The notes under the pieces: model-generated
The model's input: only the letters and a program-made list of their open reading frames with translations
What the model was told of the DNA's origin: nothing
Database searches by the model: none
Assembly (NCBI GenBank): GCA_039795515.1
Contig: JBDKLR010000035.1
Location: forward strand, 1 to 59,738
Reading direction: 5' to 3'
DNA: 59,738 nucleotides
DNA from: Pseudomonadota bacterium
Lineage (GTDB): Bacteria > Pseudomonadota > Gammaproteobacteria > Burkholderiales > Burkholderiaceae_C
Part shown: in pieces, positions 32,168-43,595 of the stretch
How positions within the stretch are numbered: the first letter of the stretch is position 1
How the letters are laid out: every line of letters begins with the position of its first letter
Program-made: the position numbers and the translations under genes

Positions 32168-34126
32168 ATGCTTTACCCCGAGCAGTTCGATGTGATTGTG
32201 GTTGGTGGCGGTCACGCAGGCACCGAAGCCGCGCTGGCCAGTGCGCGCATGGGTTGTCGCACCTTGCTGCTGACCCACAACATCGAAACCCTGGGGCAAA
32301 TGAGTTGCAACCCGTCGATCGGTGGCATTGGCAAAGGCCACTTGGTTAAAGAAGTGGATGCCTTGGGCGGTGCCATGGCCTTGGCCACCGATGCCGCGGG
32401 CATTCAGTTTCGCATCCTCAACCGCTCCAAAGGACCGGCGGTGCGCGCCACCCGCGCCCAGGCCGATCGCGTGTTGTACAAAGCCGCGATACGCCATCAG
32501 CTCGAAAACCAACCCAACCTGTGGCTGTTCCAGCAAGCGGTGGACGACCTGATGCTGGAAGGCACCAAGGTGGTGGGTGCGATCACACAAGTTGGTGTTC
32601 GCTTCTCTGCGAAGGCCGTTGTTTTAACAGCCGGCACTTTTTTGGATGGCAAAATCCACGTCGGTTTGCAAAACCACTCGGCCGGGCGGGCGGGCGATCC
32701 CCCGGCCTTGCGCTTGTCGGCCCGTTTGAAAGAATTGAAACTGCCTCAAGGCCGCTTGAAGACCGGCACACCACCGCGCTTGGATGGACGCACCATCGAT
32801 TTCAGCCAATGTTTGGAGCAAGCGGGTGACGGCATGCCTGGCGGTGAATCCAGCGACATGCCGGTGTTCAGCTTCAGGGGTCGGCGCGAGATGCACCCGG
32901 CGCAAATGGCATGCTGGATCACCCACACCAATGCGCGCACCCACGACATCATCCGCGCAGGCTTTGACCGCAGCCCGATGTTCACCGGCAAGATCGAGGG
33001 CGTGGGTCCGCGTTACTGCCCGAGCGTGGAAGACAAGATCAACCGCTTTGCCGACAAGGCCAGCCATCAAATTTTTCTCGAGCCCGAGGGGCTGACCACC
33101 AACGAGTACTACCCCAACGGCATTTCCACCAGCTTGCCTTTTGACGTGCAACTCGACCTGGTGCGCTCCATGAAGGGCCTGGAAAACGCCCACATCTTGC
33201 GGCCTGGCTATGCCATCGAGTACGACTATTTTGATCCGCGCGAACTCAAACGCAGTTTTGAAACCAAGCAAATCGAGGGTTTGTTTTTCGCGGGTCAAAT
33301 CAACGGCACGACCGGCTATGAAGAAGCGGCGGCCCAAGGCTTGTACGCTGGCATGAACGCCGCGCTGCTGGTGAAAGGCCAAGCAGCTTGGACACCTGGT
33401 CGGGATCAAGCGTACTTGGGCGTGTTGGTCGACGATCTGGTCAACCAGGGCGTGGTCGAGCCTTACCGCATGTTCACCAGCCGGGCAGAGTTCCGCTTGC
33501 AATTGCGCGAGGACAATGCCGACGCCCGCTTGACCGAGAAAGGCCGCGAACTGGGCTTGGTTGGCGACGCCCAATGGGACGCTTTTTGTCGCAAGCGCGA
33601 TGCTGTTTCACGTGAAACACAGCGCCTGGCCTCGCTTTGGGTCAACCCCAGCAACCTGCCCGCGGCCGAGGCCGAGCGCGTGTTGGGCAAATCCATTTCG
33701 CATGAACACAGCCTGGCCGATTTGTTGCGCCGCCCCGATGTCAGCTATGACGCCTTGATGAGTCTGGACGGCGGGCGTTTCGCCAGCCTCGAATTGGCCG
33801 CCATGGACGGTGTTTCACGTGAAACCGTGGTTGAGCAAGTGAACATCTCGGCCAAGTATTCGGGCTACATCGACCGCCAGCGCGACGAAGTAGAGCGCGC
33901 TGCGCATTACGAGCAGCTGCCTTTGCCCGAGGCCCTGGACTACATGGCCATTCCGGCATTGAGCATCGAGGTGCGGCAAAAACTGCAAAAGCACCGCCCT
34001 GAAACCTTGGGGCAAGCGTCGCGCATTTCGGGCGTCACCCCCGCCGCCATTTCCTTGTTGCTGATTCATTTGCGCCGCGCCCGCCACGGTGGTTTTGAGT
34101 TGCCACAGGCCGAGGCTTCCGCGTGA
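32168..34126 (+). CDS. mnmG: tRNA uridine 5-carboxymethylaminomethyl modification enzyme
   Basis: [42 protein letters not shown]. Confidence 0.98.
   Translation: MLYPEQFDVIVVGGGHAGTEAALASARMGCRTLLLTHNIETLGQMSCNPSIGGIGKGHLVKEVDALGGAMALATDAAGIQFRILNRSKGPAVRATRAQADRVLYKAAIRHQLENQPNLWLFQQAVDDLMLEGTKVVGAITQVGVRFSAKAVVLTAGTFLDGKIHVGLQNHSAGRAGDPPALRLSARLKELKLPQGRLKTGTPPRLDGRTIDFSQCLEQAGDGMPGGESSDMPVFSFRGRREMHPAQMACWITHTNARTHDIIRAGFDRSPMFTGKIEGVGPRYCPSVEDKINRFADKASHQIFLEPEGLTTNEYYPNGISTSLPFDVQLDLVRSMKGLENAHILRPGYAIEYDYFDPRELKRSFETKQIEGLFFAGQINGTTGYEEAAAQGLYAGMNAALLVKGQAAWTPGRDQAYLGVLVDDLVNQGVVEPYRMFTSRAEFRLQLREDNADARLTEKGRELGLVGDAQWDAFCRKRDAVSRETQRLASLWVNPSNLPAAEAERVLGKSISHEHSLADLLRRPDVSYDALMSLDGGRFASLELAAMDGVSRETVVEQVNISAKYSGYIDRQRDEVERAAHYEQLPLPEALDYMAIPALSIEVRQKLQKHRPETLGQASRISGVTPAAISLLLIHLRRARHGGFELPQAEASA
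33604..33619. promoter_or_regulatory. parS: parS site 1 (inside mnmG)
   Basis: TGTTTCACGTGAAACA, perfect palindrome. Confidence 0.93.
33811..33826. promoter_or_regulatory. parS: parS site 2 (inside mnmG)
   Basis: TGTTTCACGTGAAACC, 1 terminal mismatch. Confidence 0.9.
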
Positions 34127-34761
34127 ACCATGTCTTGGCCCCGGCCTTGGCCCGGGGTTTGGCTGATCTGGGCTTGCCATTGAGCGATGCACAGCAACAG
34201 CAGTTGCTGGCTTATCTGGATCTGTTGGTCAAGTGGAACAAGGTTTACAACCTCACCGCGGTGCGCGATCCCGAACAGATGTTGACCCAGCATGTGATGG
34301 ACTGCTTGGCCGTGGTCACGCCCTTGCGCGCGCGCTTGCCGCAACTCCAAACCGTGTTGGACGTCGGTGCTGGGGGCGGATTGCCGGCGGTGGTGTTGGC
34401 CATCGCCTGCCCAGAAGTGCGGGTGAGCGCGGTCGACACCGTGGCTAAAAAAGCCGCGTTCATTCAAACCGTGGCTCACGCTCTTGGCCTGCGGCATTTG
34501 CAAGGCGTGCATGCACGGGTGGAAGAGTTGTCCGGTCCGTATGACCTGATCACCTCACGCGCCTTTTCGTCCTTGGCGGATTTCGTCCAGGGCTCCCGCC
34601 AGGCCCTGGCCCCGCGGGGTGTCTGGATGGCGATGAAGGGTCGCCATCCTGCGGACGAGTTGCTGGCCCTGTCTGACGAGGTGCTGGTCGAGCAGGTGCA
34701 GGCCTTGCAAGTGCCTGGCTTGGCGGCCGAGCGTTGTTTGGTATGGATGGTGTTGCGTTGA
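34123..34761 (+). CDS. rsmG: 16S rRNA m7G527 methyltransferase
   Basis: [25 protein letters not shown]. Follows mnmG. Confidence 0.95.
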   Translation: MNHVLAPALARGLADLGLPLSDAQQQQLLAYLDLLVKWNKVYNLTAVRDPEQMLTQHVMDCLAVVTPLRARLPQLQTVLDVGAGGGLPAVVLAIACPEVRVSAVDTVAKKAAFIQTVAHALGLRHLQGVHARVEELSGPYDLITSRAFSSLADFVQGSRQALAPRGVWMAMKGRHPADELLALSDEVLVEQVQALQVPGLAAERCLVWMVLR

Positions 34762-34796
34762 ATCAGCACACCTTTGATCGCTGCAGTCGCTTGAAG

Positions 34797-34812
34797 TGTT
34801 TCACGTGAAACA
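34797..34812. promoter_or_regulatory. parS: parS site 3 (intergenic)
   Basis: TGTTTCACGTGAAACA, perfect palindrome. Confidence 0.93.
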
Positions 34813-34870
34813 AGGCCGGGACAGCGCGGGCAGTTACACTCTGCTCCCTTTCTGAATTTCAAGGTTTCCC

Positions 34871-35485
34871 ATGTTGGGCATCGCAGACTACCCGGCTTTT
34901 GTCGGCGCGGTCATCCTCTTTTTGGCCATTCCAGGCCCTGGCAATTTGGCATTGCTCACCGCCACCGGCATGGCGGGTGTGCGCGGCGGGCTGATGTCCT
35001 GCCTGGGCATCATCGCCGGCGACCAGGTGTTGATGTGGGCGGCGGTCGCCGGTTTGTCGGCGGTCCTCATGGCCTCGCCCGCTTGGTTTGGCGCGGTGCA
35101 ATGGATGGGCGCGATTTACCTGGGTTATTTGGGCATCAAGATGGTCTTGGCCAAACCAGGCGATGCACCGCTGCTGGACATGTCCTCGGGTCGTTTTTTC
35201 CGCCAGTCTTTGTGGATCACCTTGTTCAACCCCAAGGCCATCGTGTTTTACATGGCGTTTTTCCCGCTGTTTGTTGACCCGCAGCAACCGCCCACCTTGG
35301 CCACCTTTGGTTTGATGGCGGTCACCATCGCCGCCCTCACCTTTCTCTACAGCCTGATCCTCACGGTGTTGGCCAGTCGTTTGCGCCGCCGCATGAGCCA
35401 GCACCCGTGGATCGGTCCTTTGCTGCAAAAAGTGGCTGGCACCTTGTTGGTGGCGTTTGGCCTTCGGCTCGTTTTTCAAAAGTAA
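34871..35485 (+). CDS. LysE/RhtB family amino acid exporter
   Basis: IPGPG, GAIYLGYLG, NPKAIVFY, multiple TM segments. Confidence 0.9.
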   Translation: MLGIADYPAFVGAVILFLAIPGPGNLALLTATGMAGVRGGLMSCLGIIAGDQVLMWAAVAGLSAVLMASPAWFGAVQWMGAIYLGYLGIKMVLAKPGDAPLLDMSSGRFFRQSLWITLFNPKAIVFYMAFFPLFVDPQQPPTLATFGLMAVTIAALTFLYSLILTVLASRLRRRMSQHPWIGPLLQKVAGTLLVAFGLRLVFQK

Positions 35486-35491
35486 ATCCAC

Positions 35492-36289
<798 letters not shown>

Positions 36290-36328
36290 TGTAAAGAGGC
36301 GGCTCGTCCGCCACAAAGAGAGCGACAA

Positions 36329-37240
36329 ATGGTCACTAAAAAAATCAAAGGCCTGGGCCGTGGTCTGGAAGCCTTGTTGGGCCCCACCGCCACAGAAACC
36401 GGCCACTTGGCCGCCGCCGAGCGCAGCCCCGCCACCTTGTCGGTCGAGCAAATGGTCGCCGGCGTCTACCAGCCCCGCACCCGCATGGACGAGGGCGCTT
36501 TGTACGAATTGGCCGAGAGCATCAAAACCCAGGGCGTGATGCAGCCGATTTTGGTGCGACAGCTTTCCTCGGGTGCCAACGCTGGCAAATACGAAATCAT
36601 CGCGGGCGAGCGGCGCTTTCGCGCCTCCAAGCTCGCCGGTTTGAGCGAGGTGCCAGTGCTGGTGCGCGACGTGCCCGATCAAACCGCCGCCGCCATGGCC
36701 TTGATTGAGAACATGCAGCGCGAGGACTTGAACCCGTTGGAAGAAGCGTTGGGCATGCAGCGGCTGATCAAAGAATTTGGCCTGACCCACGAGCAAGCGG
36801 CGCAGGCTGTGGGCCGCTCACGCAGTGCGGCCAGCAATTTGTTGCGTTTGCTGAACCTCGCCGACCCGGTGCAAACCATGCTGATGGCGGGCGACATCGA
36901 CATGGGCCATGCCCGCGCTTTGTTGTCCTTGGACAAGGCGGCGCAAATCACCGCCGCCAACCAAATCAGTGCCAAAAAACTCTCGGTGCGCGAAGCCGAG
37001 AGCCTGGTGAAAAAAATCGGCGCGGATTTTTCCTTGGTCACGCAAAAACCAAAAAAAGAAAAATCCCGCGACTTGAAACGCTTGGAAGAAGAGCTCTCGG
37101 ACCTGTTGACCGCACAGGTGGAGATCCGTGTGAAAAAACAAGTCAAGCGCCAAGGCCGCATGGAGCAAATCGGCGAGGTGGCCATCGAATTTGGCTCGCT
37201 CGATGCCCTGAACGGCTTGATCGACAAATTGCGCGGCTAG
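36329..37240 (+). CDS. parB: Chromosome partitioning protein
   Basis: GLGRGL, QPR, IIAGERRFRA, ENMQREDL, HTH. Confidence 0.96.
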   Translation: MVTKKIKGLGRGLEALLGPTATETGHLAAAERSPATLSVEQMVAGVYQPRTRMDEGALYELAESIKTQGVMQPILVRQLSSGANAGKYEIIAGERRFRASKLAGLSEVPVLVRDVPDQTAAAMALIENMQREDLNPLEEALGMQRLIKEFGLTHEQAAQAVGRSRSAASNLLRLLNLADPVQTMLMAGDIDMGHARALLSLDKAAQITAANQISAKKLSVREAESLVKKIGADFSLVTQKPKKEKSRDLKRLEEELSDLLTAQVEIRVKKQVKRQGRMEQIGEVAIEFGSLDALNGLIDKLRG

Positions 37241-37293
37241 TGTTTACACCGCCTCGGGCGGGCCTGGTGGCAAGTTATCCTTGGCGACGCCGC

Positions 37294-37318
37294 AGCGAGA
37301 CGTTTGATCTCGCTTTTT
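37294..37318 (+). terminator. Hairpin plus T tract between parB and the ABC operon
   Basis: AGCGAGA-cgtttga-TCTCGCT-TTTT. Confidence 0.5.
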
Positions 37319-37342
37319 CATGCGATCTCAGGAGACTTTGTC

Positions 37343-38644
37343 ATGTCATGTTCCGCAACACGCATCTGGCGCCAAAGCGCCGTGGTTTTGTCCATGGGCT
37401 TGTTGGCGGGGCTGGCCCAGGCGCAAGAAACCTTCAAGATCGGCATCGTCAGTTTTTTGTCTGGCCAAGCCGCTGAGAGCTTCGGCATCCCTGCCGTCAA
37501 TGGCGCCAAGGTCTTGATCGAGGCCTTCAACAAGGGCCAAGCGCCTGCGCCCTACAACAAGGTGGGTATTGGCGGCATGCCGATCGAAGTCATTTATGTC
37601 GACGAAGCGGGTGGCGCCACCAAACAAGTGCAAGAGTTGCGCAACCTCTACGAGCGCGACAAGGTCGATGTGGTGGTGGGCTATGTCGGCTCAGGCGATT
37701 GCTTGGCGGTGGCTCCTGTGGCTGAAGAATTGAAAAAATTTCTCATCCTGTACGACTGCGGCACGCCCCGTATTTTCGAAGACAACAGCTTCCGCTATGT
37801 GTTTCGCACCGCGGCCCATGCCACCATGGACAACGTGGCGCTGACCCGTTACCTCAAGGCCCGCAACATTCCCGTCAAGAGCTTCAACCTGATCAACCAA
37901 GACTACGCCTGGGGTCAAGACTCGCGCAAAGACTTTGTGTTGTCCATGGCCAACCTCTACCCCGATGCCAAGCCCGGCGTGGACCAATTGCCCAAGTTTG
38001 GCGCGGGCCAATACGGCACCGAAATTTCGGCGCTGATGTCTCAACCCGCAGACTTGGTGCATTCCAGTTTGTGGGGCGGTGATTTGCAAGCCTTCATCTT
38101 GCAGGCTGGTCCCCGGGGACTGTTCAAAAAATCGCAAGTGGTGTTGAGTGCGGGTGACCATGTGTTGCCTGGCTTGGGCAACAAAATGCCCGACGGCACC
38201 ATCCTGGGTGCGCGCGGTGCCTATGGCTTGATGGCCCCTCCTTCTCCCCTGAACACCTGGTGGTGGGACACCTACAGCAAAGCCCACAACGTCTACCCGG
38301 TGCAAGCACCCTACCGCATGGCCCAAGCCCTGATGGGTTTGAAACTCGCCGCTGAAAAAGCCATGGCGCAAAACAAAGGCAAGAAACCCACCACCGAAAT
38401 GCTCGCTGCATCGATGCGTGGCAGCGAATGGCTGTCGCCAGCGGGCAAGATCCGCATGGCCTTGTCCAATGGCCAACAAGCCATTCAAGACACCGCCATT
38501 GGGCGCACCAAGTGGGACGACAGCAAGAAGATGGTGATGATCGAAGACATCCAGCGCTTCGATGCCGAGTGCGTCAACCCGCCCCTGAACGTGAAGTCGG
38601 AAGACTGGCTCAAGTCGGGCTTTGCCGGAGCCAAGTGCAAGTGA
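37343..38644 (+). CDS. Liv-type (HAAT) ABC substrate-binding protein
   Basis: Signal peptide (AQA), KIGIVSFLSG, NQDYAWG. AGGAG SD. Substrate unknown. Confidence 0.88.
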   Translation: MSCSATRIWRQSAVVLSMGLLAGLAQAQETFKIGIVSFLSGQAAESFGIPAVNGAKVLIEAFNKGQAPAPYNKVGIGGMPIEVIYVDEAGGATKQVQELRNLYERDKVDVVVGYVGSGDCLAVAPVAEELKKFLILYDCGTPRIFEDNSFRYVFRTAAHATMDNVALTRYLKARNIPVKSFNLINQDYAWGQDSRKDFVLSMANLYPDAKPGVDQLPKFGAGQYGTEISALMSQPADLVHSSLWGGDLQAFILQAGPRGLFKKSQVVLSAGDHVLPGLGNKMPDGTILGARGAYGLMAPPSPLNTWWWDTYSKAHNVYPVQAPYRMAQALMGLKLAAEKAMAQNKGKKPTTEMLAASMRGSEWLSPAGKIRMALSNGQQAIQDTAIGRTKWDDSKKMVMIEDIQRFDAECVNPPLNVKSEDWLKSGFAGAKCK

Positions 38645-38671
38645 CGAACGCGTCTTGCAGGGGTTGATGGC

Positions 38672-39568
38672 ATGCAACTCGCATTGACCATCTTGATCGA
38701 CGGTTTGAGCTACGCCTCGTGGTTGTTCATCGTGGCGCTGGGACTCACCTTGGTGTTTGGGGTGCTCAAAATCCTCAACATCGCGCACGGCAGTTTTTAT
38801 GCCTTGGGCGCTTATGCCGCGGCCACCACAGTGGCTGGCGTCACGGCCATGAACACCTCGCCTTACATGTCTTTGCTGGCCATGTTGGTGGCGGCCTTGT
38901 TGGTGGCGTTGTTGGTCGCCCCGGTCACCGAACGCGGCTTGCTGCGTTTTTTCTATGGCCAAGACGAGGTGCTGTTGGTCTTGGTCACCTACGCCATGTT
39001 CCTCATGCTGGAAGACGTGACCAAACTCATTTGGGGCGCGAACCCGTATTACGTGTCTGAGCCCTATGGCTTGTTTGGCAACATCGACATCGGGCACCAA
39101 AGCTATGTCGGTTACGACCTGTTTCTGATGGTGTTGGCGGTGGTCGTGGGCCTGGTGGTTTGGTGGGGCTTGAACCGCACCCGCTTTGGCAAGATCGTCA
39201 CCGCGGTGATCCACAGCCCCGAAGTCGCGTCCAGCATGGGCGTCCAGGTGTCGCGTGTGTACATGGCGGCGTTTGGCATTGGCATCTTTTTGGCGGCCTT
39301 GGGTGGCGCGTTCACCGCCCCCATGATTTCGGTGCAACCCGGCGTGTCGGTGGGCGTGATCATCATTTCCTTTGCGGTGGTCATCATCGGTGGCTTGGGC
39401 AGCATCGAGGGTGCGGCGATTGGTGCGCTGATCGTCGGTTTGGCGCGCGCCTTCGCGGTGCACCTGGTGCCGGTGGCCGAGTTGTTCTCGGTTTACTTGG
39501 TCATGGCCCTGGTGCTCATGTTCAGACCGCAAGGCTTGTTCCAACGCATCCAAGCGAGAAAAATCTGA
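38672..39568 (+). CDS. LivH-like ABC permease
   Basis: ALGLTLVFGVLKILNIAHG, IIGGLGS. Confidence 0.9.
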   Translation: MQLALTILIDGLSYASWLFIVALGLTLVFGVLKILNIAHGSFYALGAYAAATTVAGVTAMNTSPYMSLLAMLVAALLVALLVAPVTERGLLRFFYGQDEVLLVLVTYAMFLMLEDVTKLIWGANPYYVSEPYGLFGNIDIGHQSYVGYDLFLMVLAVVVGLVVWWGLNRTRFGKIVTAVIHSPEVASSMGVQVSRVYMAAFGIGIFLAALGGAFTAPMISVQPGVSVGVIIISFAVVIIGGLGSIEGAAIGALIVGLARAFAVHLVPVAELFSVYLVMALVLMFRPQGLFQRIQARKI

Positions 39569-40518
39569 TGCTGGCTTTGACGGGTCGCGCGCTGTTGTTG
39601 CTCTTGGTCGGTTGCGGGCTCGGCCTGTTCTTGCCCAAGTGGCTGCAGTTCATGCTCACCATGGCCCTGGCCAATGGCCTGGTGTCTTTGGGCATTGTGT
39701 TGCTGATGCGTGGCGGTGTGGTGGCGTTTGGCCAAGGCCTGATGTCGGCGCTTGGTGGTTATGCTGCGGCGCTGATGTTCCAGCACTGGGGCGTCACCGA
39801 TGGCCTGTTGTTGCCTTTGTTGGGTGGTTTGGTCGCCATGCTGATCACCGCGCCTTTTGCGCCATTGCTGGCGCGTTACAGGGGCATCTTCTTTTCCATG
39901 CTGACTTTGGCCCTGTCCATGGTGGGGTATGGCATTTTGGTCAAGACCGAGTCCTTGGGCGGCTCCGACGGTTTCAATATGGGGCGGGTCAGCTTGCTGG
40001 GGCAGGCCTTGGCCGATGGACAAGTGGGCTTTGCCCTGTTCGCCATCACCTTGGGTTTTGCCGTGGCCGCGGGTTTGGTGGCGCGCATTTACTTTGGCTC
40101 CACACGTGGCTTGGTAACCCGGGCCATTCGCGACAACGAGCTGCGGGTGGAATACATGGGCGGCTCGGTCAGCCACACCATGGCGATCAATTTTGTGGTG
40201 GCGGCTTTCATGGGTGGCATGGGCGGTGCATTGGCGGTCATGGCCTTGGGTCACATCGATCCCAATTTCAGTTACTGGACCACCTCGGGTGAGTTCGTCT
40301 TTGTCGCCATCTTGGCCGGCAGCCACAGTGTGGTGGCCGTCATGTTGTCCTCGGTGGTGCTGGAGGTGGTGCGCTCGTTTTCGAGTTCGTATTTCCCCAC
40401 CACCTGGCAGTTTGCATTGGGTTTGTTTTTGCTGTTGGTCATTCGCTTTTTGCCCCAGGGCTTGGGCTCGCTGTGGCAAAAGAAAGCGTCCGCTGACCCG
40501 TCAGAGAGGTCCACATGA
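39568..40518 (+). CDS. LivM-like ABC permease
   Basis: FGQG, FSMLTLA, GGSDG, AIRDNE. TGATG coupling. Confidence 0.88.
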   Translation: MLALTGRALLLLLVGCGLGLFLPKWLQFMLTMALANGLVSLGIVLLMRGGVVAFGQGLMSALGGYAAALMFQHWGVTDGLLLPLLGGLVAMLITAPFAPLLARYRGIFFSMLTLALSMVGYGILVKTESLGGSDGFNMGRVSLLGQALADGQVGFALFAITLGFAVAAGLVARIYFGSTRGLVTRAIRDNELRVEYMGGSVSHTMAINFVVAAFMGGMGGALAVMALGHIDPNFSYWTTSGEFVFVAILAGSHSVVAVMLSSVVLEVVRSFSSSYFPTTWQFALGLFLLLVIRFLPQGLGSLWQKKASADPSERST

Positions 40519-41288
40519 GCGCACAAGTGCTTTTGCAAGCCCAGGGTTTGAACAAGCGTTTTGGCGCGGTGGTGGCCGCGCAAGACTTGCAGGTGAACAT
40601 CCGCGCGGGCGAGCGCATCAGCTTGATCGGCAGCAATGGTGCGGGCAAAACCACCTTCGTCAACATGATCACCGGCTATATCAAACCGGATGAAGGCCAG
40701 ATTCGCTTGGACGGCCAGGACATCACGGCCTTGAACCCGCGCGAGATCACCCGCTTGGGCGTGGCGCGCTCGTTTCAAATCCCGCAGCTCTACCCCAGCT
40801 TGAGCGTGCTGGACAACATGCTGGTGGCGCAAACCATCCACACCCAGCGCTTGTCTTGGTGGCGGCCTTCCAACAGCCCTGATGCGGTGCAACGCGCGCA
40901 AGACCTGTTGGCGCGTTTTCGCTTGCGCGAGCATCAGCACCGATTGGTTGCCGAGCTGCCCGGTGGTTTGCGCAAACTGGTCGACATTGCTTTGGCCATG
41001 ATGGGCTCGCCCAAGCTGTTGCTGCTCGATGAACCGACCAGCGGTGTGGCGGCAGAAGAAAAATTTCCGATGATGGACACGGTCATGCAAGCGCTGAACG
41101 ACCAACCGCTGACGGTCTTGTTTGTCGAGCACGACATGGACATCGTCAGCCGTTATTGCGACCGGGTGATCGCGTTTTACAGCGGCCGCATCATCGCCGA
41201 CGATGTGCCCTCTGTCGCCTTGTCCAACGCCGATGTGCGTCGCTATGTCACCGGCGAGCGCGACCCGCAGGAGGCCCCCCATGCTTGA
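40515..41288 (+). CDS. LivG-like ABC ATPase
   Basis: GSNGAGKT, RSFQ, LLLDEP, VEHDMD. Confidence 0.9.
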   Translation: MSAQVLLQAQGLNKRFGAVVAAQDLQVNIRAGERISLIGSNGAGKTTFVNMITGYIKPDEGQIRLDGQDITALNPREITRLGVARSFQIPQLYPSLSVLDNMLVAQTIHTQRLSWWRPSNSPDAVQRAQDLLARFRLREHQHRLVAELPGGLRKLVDIALAMMGSPKLLLLDEPTSGVAAEEKFPMMDTVMQALNDQPLTVLFVEHDMDIVSRYCDRVIAFYSGRIIADDVPSVALSNADVRRYVTGERDPQEAPHA

Positions 41289-41922
41289 GCTCGACGACTT
41301 GCATGTGGACATCGCCTCGGCGCAGGTGTTGCGCGGTTTTTCCATGCGTGTCGCGCAAGGCCACATGGTCGGCCTGGTGGGGCGCAATGGCGCAGGCAAA
41401 ACCAGCACCATGCGCAGCATCATGGGGCACTTGCCTCTGCGCCAAGGGCGGTTGCGTTGGAACGGCCAAGACCTCGCCAACTTGCCGCCCGAAGCGCGTG
41501 CTGGATGGGGTGTGGGCTACATGCCGGAAGACCGGGGTTTGGTGCCCGAACTCACGGTCGAAGAAAACATCTGCATCCCGCTGTGGGTCAGCAAAACCTT
41601 GCACGCACCCGACCGATTGGCTTTTGTGTACCAAGTCCTGCCTGAGTTGAAAGACATGGCGCAACGACGCGCCTTGTTGCTTTCGGGCGGACAGCAAAAA
41701 CTGGTGGCCTTGGGCCGGGCCTTGGCGGTGGGCACCAAGCTGTTGCTGTTGGACGAACCGTTTGAAGGGGTCGCACCCGCCTTGTCGATGCGCATTTCCG
41801 AGGTGTTGCACCAACTCAAGGGTGCCGATTTGTCGGTGCTGATTTCGCAGTCGGACTTGAACCATTCCAGTGGTTTGCTTGACAGCACCGTGGTGATTGA
41901 GCGCGGTGCCAATGTGGCTTGA
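41281..41922 (+). CDS. LivF-like ABC ATPase (short)
   Basis: GRNGAGKT, PEDR, LSGGQQ, LLLDEP. Confidence 0.9.
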   Translation: MLELDDLHVDIASAQVLRGFSMRVAQGHMVGLVGRNGAGKTSTMRSIMGHLPLRQGRLRWNGQDLANLPPEARAGWGVGYMPEDRGLVPELTVEENICIPLWVSKTLHAPDRLAFVYQVLPELKDMAQRRALLLSGGQQKLVALGRALAVGTKLLLLDEPFEGVAPALSMRISEVLHQLKGADLSVLISQSDLNHSSGLLDSTVVIERGANVA

Positions 41923-42054
41923 TTGAAAACACCAACGGTCAATGCTTGCTGTGCTCGCGCAAGACAGACACGATGGGTCGAATGCATAGCGAACGTCGCA
42001 GCTTTGCTGCGGTGAGCGGCATTCGATTCATCGGGGCTGGCCAGGCCTGAAAGA
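41915..42054 (-). repeat. Dispersed structured element, copy 1
   Basis: 41987-42020 is the exact reverse complement of 48698-48731, and 42042-42054 of 48650-48662. The core is enclosed by a 15-bp stem (41971-41985 / 42019-42033). Confidence 0.85.
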
Positions 42055-42097
42055 AGGGCTTGCTGGCCTCACGGCATGCAACCCGCACGGCACTTGG

Positions 42098-43525
42098 TCA
42101 GTACAAAAACACCTTGCCCGGATTCATGATGTTGTGCGGGTCCAAAGCATGTTTGATGGCGCGCATCATGTGGACCGCGCCGGCGCCTGCCTCGTTCACC
42201 AAGAAATCCATTTTGTGCAGACCGATGCCGTGCTCTCCTGTGCAAGTGCCTTCCAGCGCCAAAGCACGGGCCACCAGTTTGTCGTTCAGCGCTTCAGCCG
42301 TGGCGCGTTCTTGCGCGTTGTCGGGGTCGATCAAATAACCAAAGTGGAAATTGCCATCGCCCACATGGCCGACCAAGAAATACGGGATGCCCGAGGCATC
42401 CACCTCGGCCACCGAGTCGAGCAAGCAGTCGGCCAAGCGTGAAATCGGCACACAGGTGTCGGTGCTGATGGCGCGGCAACCGGGGCGGCTTTGAATGCCG
42501 GCAAAGTAAGTGTTGTGCCTGGCGGTCCACAAACGGGTGCGCTCCTCGGGCGTGGTCGCCCATTCAAACGCATGGCCTTCAAATTCGCTGGCGATCTCTT
42601 GCACGGTTTCGGCCTGCTCTTTCACGCTGGCCGGCGAACCGTGGAACTCCATCAGCAGCATCGGTTGCACCGGCAAACTGAGCTTGGAATACTGGTTCAC
42701 CATGCGCACTGCGTTGGCGTCGATCAACTCGACCCGCGCAATCGGGATGCCCATTTGGATGATTTGGATCGTGGTGCGCACCGCCGCTTCGATGCTGGGG
42801 AACGAGCAAGTGGCGGCCGACACCGCTTCGGGCAGGGGATACAGCTTCAAGGTGATTTCGGTGATCACACCCAAGGTCCCTTCGCTGCCCACCATCAAGC
42901 GGGTCAGGTCGTAGCCTGCAGAGGACTTGCGGGCCCGGGTGCCGGTGCGAATCACCTCGCCGCTGGCGGTGACCACTTCCAAGCCCAACACGTTTTCGCG
43001 CATGGTGCCGTAGCGCACGGCGTTGGTGCCGCTGGCGCGGGTCGCGCTCATGCCACCAATCGAAGCGTCTGCGCCTGGGTCGATCGGGAAAAACAAACCG
43101 GTGCTTTTGATTTCTTCGTTGAGTTGTTTGCGCGTGACCCCGGCTTGCACCGTCACGGTCAGGTCCTCGGCATGAACCGACAAGACCTTGTTCATGCGGC
43201 CCAAGTCGATGCTGATGCCGCCTTGCACCGCCAGCAAATGACCTTCCAGCGAGGAACCGACACCGAACGGGATGACCGGGACCTGGTGCGCCGCCGCCAA
43301 GGACACGGCTTGGGCCACATCGTCGGTGGACTCGGCGAACACCACGGCTGCCGGTGGTGGCACGGTGGTGTAGGCCGACTCGTCGCGGCCATGCTGTTCG
43401 CGCACCACCATGGCGGTGGAGCAGCGTTCGCCGAAATGTGCTTTCAAGGCATCCAGCAGGGCTTGCGGCACCTCGCGTTGTTGGACGACGGGCATCAGAT
43501 GTTGGGCGGTGCTGGGTGCGTTCAT
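42098..43525 (-). CDS. FAD-linked oxidase, D-lactate dehydrogenase/GlcD family
   Basis: GSSLEGH, DPGADASIGG, GSEGTLG, GHVGDGNFH, GEHGIG, MNPGK. Confidence 0.9.
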   Translation of the reverse strand: MNAPSTAQHLMPVVQQREVPQALLDALKAHFGERCSTAMVVREQHGRDESAYTTVPPPAAVVFAESTDDVAQAVSLAAAHQVPVIPFGVGSSLEGHLLAVQGGISIDLGRMNKVLSVHAEDLTVTVQAGVTRKQLNEEIKSTGLFFPIDPGADASIGGMSATRASGTNAVRYGTMRENVLGLEVVTASGEVIRTGTRARKSSAGYDLTRLMVGSEGTLGVITEITLKLYPLPEAVSAATCSFPSIEAAVRTTIQIIQMGIPIARVELIDANAVRMVNQYSKLSLPVQPMLLMEFHGSPASVKEQAETVQEIASEFEGHAFEWATTPEERTRLWTARHNTYFAGIQSRPGCRAISTDTCVPISRLADCLLDSVAEVDASGIPYFLVGHVGDGNFHFGYLIDPDNAQERATAEALNDKLVARALALEGTCTGEHGIGLHKMDFLVNEAGAGAVHMMRAIKHALDPHNIMNPGKVFLY

Positions 43526-43595
43526 GGCAGGCTCCTGTAGAGCACCCATTCTAGGAAGAAACACCCCTTCAAGGGTGTCGCACACGAGCGTGGAT

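Noticed and set aside
34115-34130. Fourth parS at the mnmG/rsmG junction
   Set aside because: GCTTCCGCGTGAACCA has four mismatches to the degenerate consensus.
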